Positions 27,656 to 37,800 of a DNA stretch of 64,000 nucleotides are shown here, piece by piece. The stretch spans positions 4,849,374-4,913,373 of the forward strand of contig NC_057748.1 of the NCBI RefSeq assembly GCF_004010195.1. The letters are read 5' to 3'. How positions within the stretch are numbered: position 1 is the first letter of the stretch; every line of letters begins with the position of its first letter. The position numbers were made by a program, and so were the translations under genes. Origin of the DNA: Chiloscyllium plagiosum. Lineage: Eukaryota. The notes beneath the pieces are model-generated. The model did not search any database. It was not told the origin of the DNA and saw only the letters and a list, made by a program, of their open reading frames with translations.

Positions 27656-28384
27656 TGGCCGGAGACCCTACGGCATTGTCAGCAGAAGCCTTGGCGAGGT
27701 GCACGCGAAACAGCCGCTTGGCAGCAGCAGAGTCAGGTTTGGGCCATCTCAGCGAGATGGAGGTGAGGACTCGGTGGCGAGAGCATCAGTGGAGGTGTGA
27801 TGGCACCGAAGAGTGGGCAACTTTCATTCCAGCCTCAGCCCAGTGAAGGGGACTCGTGCCTGGTCACCAGGCCTGTGGTGGGCACTTAACAAGAAAAACT
27901 GTTAAAGTCGGACACGCTTTCCTCATTTCGTTCCTGTTCAGCTGAGTATCCCATCAGCAGTAGCCTGGCCCCTGAAGTTTTGCAGCTCCCTTTCCCACAA
28001 CATCTCTTCCCTCTCCTCCATCTCTAGTGAGGCAGTCCTTAGAACCAACACCCTCAGGGTAATATCTCCTCAAGCTGCTAAGATTTCGTTTGGTGACACC
28101 CCTGAGGTTTTCAGTCTCTGAGGCGCTACTTAAATGCAGGTCATTGTTGTTCCTTCACTGTCACAGAATCCTGGGATTCCCTCCCTCCTGGGGGTGAACC
28201 GTCAGCCAGTGACCTGCAGTGGCTAAGATGGTGACTACAACCTTCCTAAAGCTGACCCAGCCTCTGACACTCACTAATTGCAGAATAACTCTCCGAACAG
28301 CTTCCCTGCTCCCACCAGTGGGTGGTTAACATCACAATAGACACATGGAGACCACAAACAAAACTTGTTCCAGAGTGAATCTTA

Positions 28385-28755
28385 AACTGATTTGAATTTA
28401 TTGTCACGTGTACCGAGGCACAGTGAAAAGCTTTGTCTTGCAAGCAATACAGGCAGATCACAGAGTTAAGTAGCATAGATAGTAAATAATAGGTAATCAG
28501 TGGCAAAAGCAAAAACTCAGGTACAGGCGAATGTTAAGACTTTGTGAGTCCATTCAGTATTCTAACAACAAGAGGGTAGAAACTGTTTTGAAACCGGCTG
28601 GTGCGTGTGTTCAGACTTCTGTACCTTCTCTCTGATGGTAGATGTTGTGGAAAGCATCGCCAGGGTGGGATGGATCTTTGAAAATGCTGGCGGCCTTTCC
28701 TTGACAGCGGGCCTGGTAGATGGATCCTATAGATGGGAGGTTGGCCTTTGTGATG
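28385..28755 (-). mobile_element. Rex1/Babar-like LINE 3' fragment
   Basis: LPSxRRYRSLNTRTSRFQNSFYP..RILN and an AATAAATTCAAATCA tail. Same family at 8690-8945(+), 35150-35660(-; [16 protein letters not shown]) and 42545-42960(-). Confidence 0.7.
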
Positions 28756-29697
28756 GTAAAAACAATGACTGCAGATGCTGGAAACCAGATTCTGGATTAG
28801 TGGTGCTGGAAGAGCACAGCAATTCAGGCAGCATCCGAGGACAGGCAAAATCGACGTTTCGGGCAAAAGCCCTTCATCAGGAATAAAGGCAGAGAGCCTG
28901 AAGCGTGGAGAGATAAGCTAGAGGAGGGTGGGGGTAGGGATAGAGTAGCATAGAGTACAATAGGTCAGTGGGGAAGGAGATGAAGGTGATAGGTCAGGGA
29001 GGAGAGGGTGGAGTGGATAGGTGGAAAAGGAGCTGGGCAGGAGGTGAGGGAGGTGGTGTGGGCACAGGTTTTACAGTTCCTGCGGTGGCAGGGGAAAGTG
29101 CCAGGATGGGGGGGTGGGTCGTAGGGGGGCGTGGACCTGACCAGGTAGTCACGGAGGGAGCGGTCTTTGCGGAAGGCGGAGAGGGGTGGGGAGGGAAATA
29201 TATCCCTGGTGGTGGGGTCTGTTTGGAGGCGGAGAGGGGTGGGGAGGGAAATATATCCCTGGTGGTGGGGTCTGTTTGGAGGCGGAGAGGGGTGGGGAGG
29301 GAAATATATCCCTGGTGGTGGGGTCTGTTTGGAGGCGGAGAGGGGTGGGGAGGGAAATATATCCCTGGTGGTGGGGTCTGTTTGGAGGCGGAGAGGGGTG
29401 GGGAGGGAAATATATCCCTGGTGGTGGGGTCTGTTTGGAGGCGGAGAGGGGTGGGGAGGGAAATATATCCCTGGTGGTGGGGTCTGTTTGGGGGTGGGGG
29501 GAATGTCGGCGGATGATTTGGTTTATGCGGAGGTTGGTAGGGTGGAAGGTGGGCACCAGGGGCGTTCTGTCCTTGTTGCGGTTGGGGGGGTTGGGTCTGA
29601 GGGCGGAGGTGCGGGATGTGGATGAGATGCGTTGGAGGGCATCTTTAACCACGTGGGAAGGGAAATTGCGGTCTCTAAAGAAGGAGGCCATCTGGTG
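28756..29697 (-). mobile_element. Penelope-like element fragment with terminal hammerhead motif, inserted into the Rex/Babar-like LINE
   Basis: Minus-strand QMASFFRDRNFPSHVV...RTPLVPTFHPTN...TRDIFPSPPLSAFRKDRSLRDYLVRS (RT-to-endonuclease linker). The 3' end carries CTGATGA-AGGGCTTTTGCCC-GAAACGTC (28880-28853). The host LINE GGCCTTTGTGAT resumes at about 29698. Confidence 0.8.
29174..29491. repeat. 53-bp tandem repeat, 6 copies, inside the Penelope-like fragment
   Basis: AAATATATCCCTGG recurs at 29196, 29249, 29302, 29355, 29408 and 29461. Confidence 0.95.
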
Positions 29698-29949
29698 GGC
29701 CTTTGTGATTGCCAGGGCTGAGTTCACCACTCTCTGTAACCATCTCTGATCTTGAATGGTACAATTGCCATAGCAGGTAGTGATCAGTGTAAAATAGGTA
29801 CATGAATAGGAAAGGTTTGGAGGGATATGGGCCAGGAGCAGGCAGGTGGGACTAGTTTAGTTTGGGATTATGTTCGGCATGGACTGGTTGGACCGAAGGG
29901 ACTGTTTCCATGCTGTGCTAGGACTCTCTATGTTGGTTTATACCGTGTA

Positions 29950-30425
29950 TTGACTGATTTAGTGCAGCTCCAATAACATGTAAGAAGGCCGATGGACTTG
30001 GTCAGAGTACAGCATTCCATTTGATTGGCACCACATCCACCGCCCTCATCGCCACTCCCTCCACCACTGACGCTCAGTAGCAGCAGTGTGGACCATCTAC
30101 AAGATGCTCTGCAGAAACTCACCAAAGATCCTCAGACAGCACCTTCCAAACCCACGACCACTTCCACTTAGAAGGACGAGGGCAGCAGATACATGGGAAC
30201 ACCACCTTCAAGATGCCCACCTTCCCCAAGTCCCTCACTATCCAGTCTTGGAAATACATCGCCATTCCTTCAGTGTCTCAGGGTCAAAATCCTGGAATTC
30301 CCTCCCTAAGGGCATTGTGGGTCTACCTACAGCACATGGACTGCCAAGAAGGCAGCTCACCCCCACCTTCTCAAGGGGCAACTAGAGACAGGAAATAAAT
30401 GCTGGGCCCAGTCAGTGACATCACA
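29950..30425 (+). mobile_element. LINE 3' fragment (CR1/L2 group) whose tail matches the second SINE family
   Basis: Ends GGGCAACTAGAGACAGGAAATAAATGCTGGGCC. A longer copy lies at 58870-60070(-) with SAGVPQSSVLG; another fragment at 52905-53070. Confidence 0.7.
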
Positions 30426-30599
30426 TGGGCTGAGAATTAATTGTAAAGCAATCAAACTCGTCTCCATAAAATTTAAAACAGTCTGTTTTTTCTCAAAAAG
30501 AAAGCTGCAAATCTCCACTTCTGAGCAACTGAGGAACTTGTGACAATCAGGGACCTCCGGTGGTAGAAATGGGTTATTGCAGGAGAGCCAGCCTTTAGT

Positions 30600-30912
30600 A
30601 AGTTAAAAATCACACAATGCCAGGTCATAGTCCAACAGGTTTATTTGGAAGCATTAGCTTTCGGAGCGTCGCTCCTTCAGACCTGATGAAGGAGCAGCAC
30701 TCCGAAAGATGGTGCTCCCAAATAAATCTTTTGGACTATAGGCAAAAGTGAGGACCGCAGATGCTGGAAACCAGAGTTTAGATTAGATGGTGCTGGAAAA
30801 GCACAGCAGGTCAGGCAGCATCCGAGGAGCAGGAAAATCGAAGTTTCGGATAACTTGGTGTGTGATTTTTAACTTTGTACACTCCAGCCCAACACCGGCA
30901 CCTCCAAATCAA
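30600..30912. mobile_element. Second Penelope-like terminal-repeat family (inverted arms, hammerhead-like core) with a nested family-A insertion
   Basis: Arms AGTTAAAAATCACAC...TTTCGGAGCGTCGCTCCTTCAG / CTGATGAAGGAGCAGCACTCCGAAAG...GTGTGATTTTTAACT; family A occupies 30741-30849. Confidence 0.7.
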
Positions 30913-31039
30913 GCCTTTAGTAAATTCACCAAAAAACCATTCTGTAACTAGACACATAAACAACTGATGAATAGTCATCTGTTTTTTCACTTTTATTCAA
31001 GATAAGAGATGTCAGTGTTGACTCTTTTTGCTATAGGTT

Positions 31040-31430
31040 TGATATCAAACACTCCCAGGACAGGAACAGCACAGGGCTAGATACAGAGTAAAGCTCTATT
31101 TACACTGTCCCCCCATCAAACACTCACAGGGACAGGGACAGCACAGGGTTGGATACAAAGTAAAGCTCTGTCTACACTGTCCCCCATCAAATACTCCCAG
31201 AGGAGGGACAACACAGGGTTAGATACAGAGTAAAGCTCTCTCTACACTGTCCTCCATCCAATATTCCCTGGACAAGTACAGCATAATGTTAGATACAGAG
31301 TATAGCTTCCTCTTGTCTTTTAAATTGAAAGTAAAGCTACCTTGATACTTTTAAGCTTAAATAAAAGTTCCCTTGACACTGTCCCATCAAACACTCCCAG
31401 GACTAAAACAGTATGGGGTTAGACAGGAGA
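31040..31430 (+). repeat. ~70-bp minisatellite (ATCAAACACTCCCAGGACAGG...GGGTTAGATACAGAGTAAAGCTC...TACACTGTCCCC)
   Basis: About 5 diverged units; the same family occurs in reverse orientation at 36610-36985. Confidence 0.85.
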
Positions 31431-31589
31431 AGTGTTTTTTTAATGTTCGCATTGTTTCACAATTTGTTATCTTTGCATAGCATTTGCAACGGCTCCAAAC
31501 AGAAAGGTGGTGTGCCACAGGAGATAGAGCCCCACCCTGCAAGGAGGTGCTATCTCTCCATTAGGGCGCAGCCTCTTTAACCTTGATCA

Positions 31590-31600
31590 TGCTGAGTCAC
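31590..31600 (-). promoter_or_regulatory. Consensus ARE ~3.15 kb upstream of ferritin B
   Basis: TGCTGAGTCAC, i.e. GTGACTCAGCA on the minus strand. Confidence 0.5.
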
Positions 31601-33639
31601 ACGCTGCTCTTACTGTCCCAACAGGAATGATCCAAAACGATCACTTCATCAGTTTTATGAGCGTTTATTTATGTTTAGTTTAACATCTGGGCCTGTCCTT
31701 GGGAACCATATGGAGACATTGGCAGGAGGAATGCCTTCACCCAGAGGGCAGGGAGTCTGTGGAATTCTCTGCCACAGACAGTGGTTGAGGCAAAAACATT
31801 GAATGATTTTAAGAAGGTGTTAGATATAGTTTTTAGGGCTAAAGGGATCAAAAGGTATGGGGGAGAAAGCAGGAACGGGGGATTAAGTTGGGTGATCAAC
31901 CATGATCACATTGAAGGGGGTGTGCAGGTCCGAAGGGCTGAATGGCCTACTCCCATTCCCATTTTTTATGTTTCCGTCAGGACAAGTCAGGAATGTCAGC
32001 CAGATTATTCATCCACAAGATGAAGGCATCTCTGGCTAGGCATTTATTGCCCATTGCTAATTGCCCAGAGGGCAGTTAAGAGTGAACCCCATTGCTGTGG
32101 GTCTGGAGTCACATGTCGGCCAGTTTCCTTCCATCAAGGGTATTCGTGAACCAGAATGTTTCCAACCATTGGTAATGGATTCCAAATTTTTAGAAAAAAT
32201 TGAATTGAGTTCAAGTTCTACTTTGGTTGGGTTTTGAACCCGGGTCCCCACAGCATTATCTGGGTCTCTGGATTAAAAGTCCAGTGATACTACCACTAGG
32301 CTACCACCTACCCTCAAAGATTGTAGTCTGCATTTTCCTGTATGCAAGAGAAAGTGAGGTCTGCAGATGCTGGAGATCAGAGCTGAAAATGTGTTGCTGG
32401 AAAAGCGCAGCAGGTCAGGCAGCATCCAAGGAGCAGGAGAATCGACGTTTCGGGCATAAGCCCTTCTCCTGTACGCCCCCTGTACCCTCTGACTTTATCC
32501 ACTTCGTCCTTGACTGTGTTGAAAGCTTCCATAGTTCATCATCATAGAATCCCTACTGTGTGGAAGCAGGCCCTATGGCCCAACACTGACTGTCTGAAAT
32601 GTATCCCACACAGACCCATTCACCGACATTTAGCTCTGACTAGTGGTCCTCACCTACTCTTCCCTGGACACTATTGGCAATTTAGCATTCACCTGACCTG
32701 CATATCTTTGGACTGTGGAAGGAAACCTGCATAGTGCGGGGACAATGTGCAAACTCCACACAGATAGTCTGCCTGAGGCTGGAGTCGAACCCAGGCCCCT
32801 GGTGCTGTGAGGCAGCAGTGCTAACCACTGAGCCACTGTGCCTTCGCAACAGAAGAGAATTTCACAGACTGCCGAGTGTCTGAATGAAGAGCATTTCTCC
32901 TCTGTCTCCATCTGAGAGAGGAATGTCAGTTGTAATTGAACTACAGCTCACCAAAATTAAATGGGTAATTTTAAGAAAGGATTCTGTGACTGACAAGGCC
33001 AAAGTTTGTTGCTCATGAGCTGATTGGGGTTCTCTAGGCCATTTCTGAGAGCATTTAAGAATCAACTACACCGCTGTGGGTCTGGAGTCATGTGTAGGCC
33101 ACACCAGGTAAGGATGCCAGATTTCTTCCCAAAAGGCCTTTAGTGAACCAGATGGGTTTTCTCCAAACAGTGGATTTATTGACATCAGTAGATTCTAAAT
33201 TCTGTAGTAGTAGGACTTGAACCTGCGTCCTCAGAGCATTACCTGGGTTTCTGGATCAATAGCCCAATAATAATATCACTAGGCCATCAGATTGAATTTA
33301 TATGGTGCCTGTAATAGAGGAACGCATTCCAAGGTCCTTCAAAGAAGCATTACCAAACAACATGTGACAGGAGGAGGTGGGTGTTCAGACAGATCACTGC
33401 ACGATTGGTGTTAAAGGGTGTCTTAAATCGGGAAGTTGAGATGGAGGGAAAGGTTGAGGCTGTGGGGGGGGGTGGGGGGCGCGGGTGGGATCGAGGTTGC
33501 AGAGATGCACTGAAGGGATTCTAAAATATCAGTTTCAAAATGGAGGTGTTGCTCAACTGGGAGTTGGTGTAAGCTGTTGGACATGGTATTGGTTATTTGA
33601 AAAGGTACAACATATTGGCAAAAGTGAGAGTGCCACTCT

Positions 33640-33895
33640 GGGTTACACCAGCCCACGCCATGGCATTGCCAGGGGCCCATTCCGGGTTACACCAGCCCAC
33701 ACCATGGCATTGCCAGGGGCCCATTCCAAGCAGCACCAGCCTGCGCCATGGCATTGCCAGGGGCCCATTCCGGGTTACACCAGCCCACACCATGGCATTG
33801 CCAGGGGCCCACTCCGGGTTACACCAGCCCACACCATGGCATTGTCAGTGGCCCATTCCGAGCTGCACCAGCCTGCGCCATGGCATTGCCAGGGC
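33640..33895. repeat. 44-bp GC-rich VNTR, ~6 copies
   Basis: CCATGGCATTG(C/T)CAG recurs every 44 bp from 33658; two unit variants. Confidence 0.9.
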
Positions 33896-34632
33896 GGAAG
33901 CAAAACTCCTGCTCCAGGCTTCATAGGTCACCCGACCGTCTCTGTAGCCATGTTGCCCCGAAATGCCTCGATGCTGAAGAGCTCTCTTCATCAGGTACTT
34001 TGGAGTAAAGAAGGGGAAAGAGAATGGAAGGAAGAAAAGCTGACAAAGAGGATGAGCCCAGGCACTGGGGGCCTGCACACCTCCAACCCCGCCGCTGCCA
34101 ACTTGAAAGATAAACAGGAACGTATCCTCTACCTCCAAAAAGAACACCTTTAATTATTTGGGGTGGGGGTGGGGACAGTGAGATCTTGGCAGCTATTTCT
34201 CCAGGGCAACGCATCGGCCAATCAGAGCCAACTTTCTGAATAATCAGCTTTCTTTCATCCTGCAGTATAAATTGTGGTGATGGTTTGAAATTTGGCATTC
34301 TTGCATGTGTGTCCTGATGACAGCCATCATGTGAACTGGGATGGACAAACTCATAAGTCACATGACAGCAGGTCATAGTTCAACAGGGGTTTATTAGAAA
34401 TCACAAGCTTTTGGAGCGACGGTCTGAAAACCTGCGTTTTCAAATAAACCCGTTGGACTGTGACCTGGCGTTGTGTGACTTCTGAGTTTGTCCTGATGAA
34501 ACCACCTGTGGCCTGTCTGCTTTGTCAGGAAGGGCTTTACGTGAGTGTAACAGTCCGTGTCTGCAGCCAGCCAGCCAGCTGGGTTGGTTTCTGAATCAAT
34601 CGTCCAGCAGACCTCCTGCACCCTCCCCCTTG

Positions 34633-34690
34633 TGGGGCGTGGGCGGTGCCTGATAACCCAAGTGTGTCTCTGAGCTCCCCGCCCCCGTCA
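34633..34690 (+). promoter_or_regulatory. Putative ferritin B proximal promoter (GC boxes, GATAA)
   Basis: GGGGCGTGGGCGG, TGATAA (34651-34656) and CCCCGCCCC just upstream of exon 1. Confidence 0.55.
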
Positions 34691-34701
34691 TTGAGCCAGG
34701 C

Positions 34702-34728
34702 TTCCTGCAACGACTGCTTGGAGTGAAC
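34702..34728 (+). promoter_or_regulatory. Degenerate, probably non-functional IRE relic in the ferritin B leader
   Basis: TTCCTGC---AACGACTGCTTGGAGTGAAC aligns with the vertebrate H-ferritin IRE TTCCTGCTTCAAC-AGTGCTTGGACGGAAC but has no CAGUG loop and a deleted upper stem. Confidence 0.6.
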
Positions 34729-34751
34729 AGGCAGAGCCCATGGTCTGAGCA

Positions 34752-34853
34752 ATGCAGGCTCAGGTGAGAGAGAACTTCCACCCAGACAGCGAGACTGCCA
34801 TCAACAAACTCATCAGCATCAACTACTACACCTCTTACGTCTACCTAGCCATG
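34752..34853 (+). CDS. Ferritin B coding exon 1
   Basis: ATG at 34752; 34 codons collinear with gene A exon 1; donor ATG|GTAAAA. Confidence 0.92.
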
Positions 34854-37800
34854 GTAAAATCCTGCCTTTTTATCAACATCGTACATGATACAGTGGGAAC
34901 TAAATTGGCCTTTTAAAATGCTACACCCTTGCAAAGAATTTCTTGTGTCTGAAAAAGATACCTTTTTTAACCTCTCGGTGATTATATTGTGTCAAATATT
35001 GCGTGTTGTTTTGCCCTCTGGGATCAGATGGCACCATCTCAGAATCAGGGGTCACCTATAAGATGAGGAATAGTTTCCTCTCTCTGTGGGGAGTGAAACT
35101 GTGGAACGCTTTCCCACAGAGGGCTCTTGAGGCTGGGATGTTAAGTACATTTGATTTGATTTGATTTGATTTATTGTGGTCACATGTACCTAAGTACAGT
35201 GAAAAGGTTTTGTTTTGCGAGCAGTACAGGGATCATAGCAAACAAGGACATGCAGATCACAGGGTTCTTAGACAGAGTGAGGTGCTTAGACACAGGAGAC
35301 GCACAAAGCAAGATCAACATTAGATTTGAAATTTGAGAGCTCCATCTTAATTCTAATACCGGGGGGGTAGAAGCTGTTCTTGAACCTGTCTGTGCATGTG
35401 TTCAAAGTTCTGTACATTCTGCCTGACGGAAGGGGGTGGAAGAGGCTATCACCCGGGGTGGGAGGGGTCTTCGATGATGGTGGCGGCCTTTCCGAGGCAG
35501 TGAGCAGACTGTCCGTAATGAAAGGTTGCCTGCCGTGATGGTTTGGGCTGGGCACCCCACCTTCTGTAGTTTCTTACGGTCCTGAGCAGAGCAGTTGCTG
35601 TTCCAGGCCGTCATGCACCCGGACAGTTTGCTGTCAATGGTCCATCTGTAAAAGCTGGTGATGTTTAATCAGTAAAGGGATCGAGGGTATTGGGGAAAAG
35701 GCAGGAAAGTGAGGTTGAGAGTTAGCAGATCACCCCTGATCCTCTTGAAAGGAGGAGCAGACTGGATGGGTTTCTGCTCCTATATAGGCAAAAGTGAGGA
35801 CTAGGTAAAAACAATGACTGCAGATGCTGGAAACCAGATTCTGGATTAGAGTGGTGCTGGAGAAGCACAGCAGGTCAGGCAGCATCCGAGGAGCAGGAGA
35901 ATCAACGTTTTGAGCAAAAGTCCTTCACCAGCTGATGAAGAGCTTTTGCTCGAAACGTCGATTCTCCTGCTCCTTGATTGCTACCTGACCTGCTGTGCTT
36001 TTCCAGCACCACACTCCAGACTTCAGCTCCTATATACTGTGGTCTTTCAGGAGAATATCGCTTTCTTTATGCAGTGTTCTCAAGGTAAGCAGGGATGAGG
36101 CCAAGAAAGAACTTGCATTTTCATTGCGCTTTCCATTATTGCAGGTTGTTGCAAAGTGCTGCACAGCCAGGAGTAGTATTTAAGAGGCACAATGTGGTTG
36201 GAATTGATTCATGTGTTCCAAAGTCAAACAAAGTCGGAAATTTGTCTTAACGCACGGTGTATTGAAGTGGGTGAACTTAACTCCAGGACTCAGTAAACAG
36301 ACCAGTCGAGATGTCAGCCATGGCAAAGATGGGAATCAGACTTTTAACCATGAGGACATCACAAGCCCATTTGATCCAAACATCAGCCAATCTCACAGCA
36401 GACAGGCACCACCTCACTATTTTGACCAGACCCTTGCCTCCCAATCCATCCATGAGGGGTCCCTATATCCACCTGTTGCTTCTGCGGCCAAGGTCAATGA
36501 ATTGATTGAGTGTTCCCCCCTTCATTCCCACTGAGTGTTTGACAGCACCGCCTACTTGGTACACACCCGCATCATACCCATCAGGGCAGCCCGCCATAGA
36601 CCTCGACAAAACCTAACCCCATGCTGGAAGTGTTGGATGGGAATATTATAGAGGGAGCTTCACTCTGTATCTAATCTTGAGCTGGGAGGGTTTGACGGGG
36701 ACAGTATAGAGGGAGCTTGACTTGGTATCTAACCCCATGCTGTCCCTGTCCTGGGAGTATTGGCTGTGGACAGTGTAGAGGGAGCTTTACTCTGTATCTA
36801 ATCTTGTGCTGTCCCTGTCCATGTTGTGTTGGATGTGGACAGTGTAGAGGGATCTTTAGTCTGTATCTACCCCCATGATGTCCCTGTCCTGGGAGTGTTG
36901 GATGGGGACAGTGCAGAGGGAGCCTTACTCTGTTTTTAACCCTGTGTTGCCCCTGTTCTGGGAGTGTTTGATGGGGACAGTGTAGTGTGAGGATGTGTAT
37001 GTTTATTAAGTGTGCGATGGTGTGTTTCCACACGCGTGACTGTATGTGAGTGTGAGTACAGTTTATGAATAGGAACCAGGCTTGATCTTGCCCAGTTAGC
37101 TTCCGGTCAAACTGCCTGCCACATGATCCCAGCTCGAGAAGGGACAGGCTCTCGAAATCTCACTTTCTCTCAGGGATTATGGCAGTCCAGAACCCAGAGC
37201 AGAGTTCTGCAAACCATTCGGATTTGTAAAAGACATTGTAAAATGATTTATTCCTCCAACCAACCCTCCTCAAACGTTGGGAAACATTAAAAGAGTGGAG
37301 AATTAGCCACAAATGCATGCAGCAAATTGTTTTAAAAATGGAAATTGCTGGAAAAGCTCTGCCGGTCTGGCAGTAATTGCAGAGAGAAATCAAGACCTAA
37401 TGTCTCAGGTCTTTCCTGAAAACTGAGGTTATTGAGTCACAGAGTCATACAGCACAGAAATATACCCTATGGTCCAACTCATTCAGACCGACCACATTTC
37501 CCAAAACAAACTAATCCCACTTGTCTGCGTTTGGCCTATATCCCTCTAAACCTTTCCTATCCATGTATCTATCCAAACGTCTTTTAACTATTGTAACTGG
37601 ACCTGCACCTTCCACCTCCTCTGGCAGTTCATTCCACCTACGGGTCACTGGACCCGAAACATTAATTCTGATTACTCTCCACAGATGCTGCCAGACCTGT
37701 TGAGCTATTCCAGCAGTTTTTGTTTCTGATTTACAACCTCCTCAGTTTTTATTCAGCAATTGATTTTTGTTATCTAACGTCTGGCCCAGGGGATTGTCAC

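Noticed and set aside
33485-34153. 222-aa ORF upstream of ferritin B
   Set aside because: Made up of the 44-bp VNTR plus what looks like degraded LINE sequence; no recognisable protein or splice structure.
34746-34748. In-frame TGA before the ferritin B ATG as a selenocysteine codon
   Set aside because: No recognisable SECIS in the short 3' UTR, and the homologous start is the downstream ATG.
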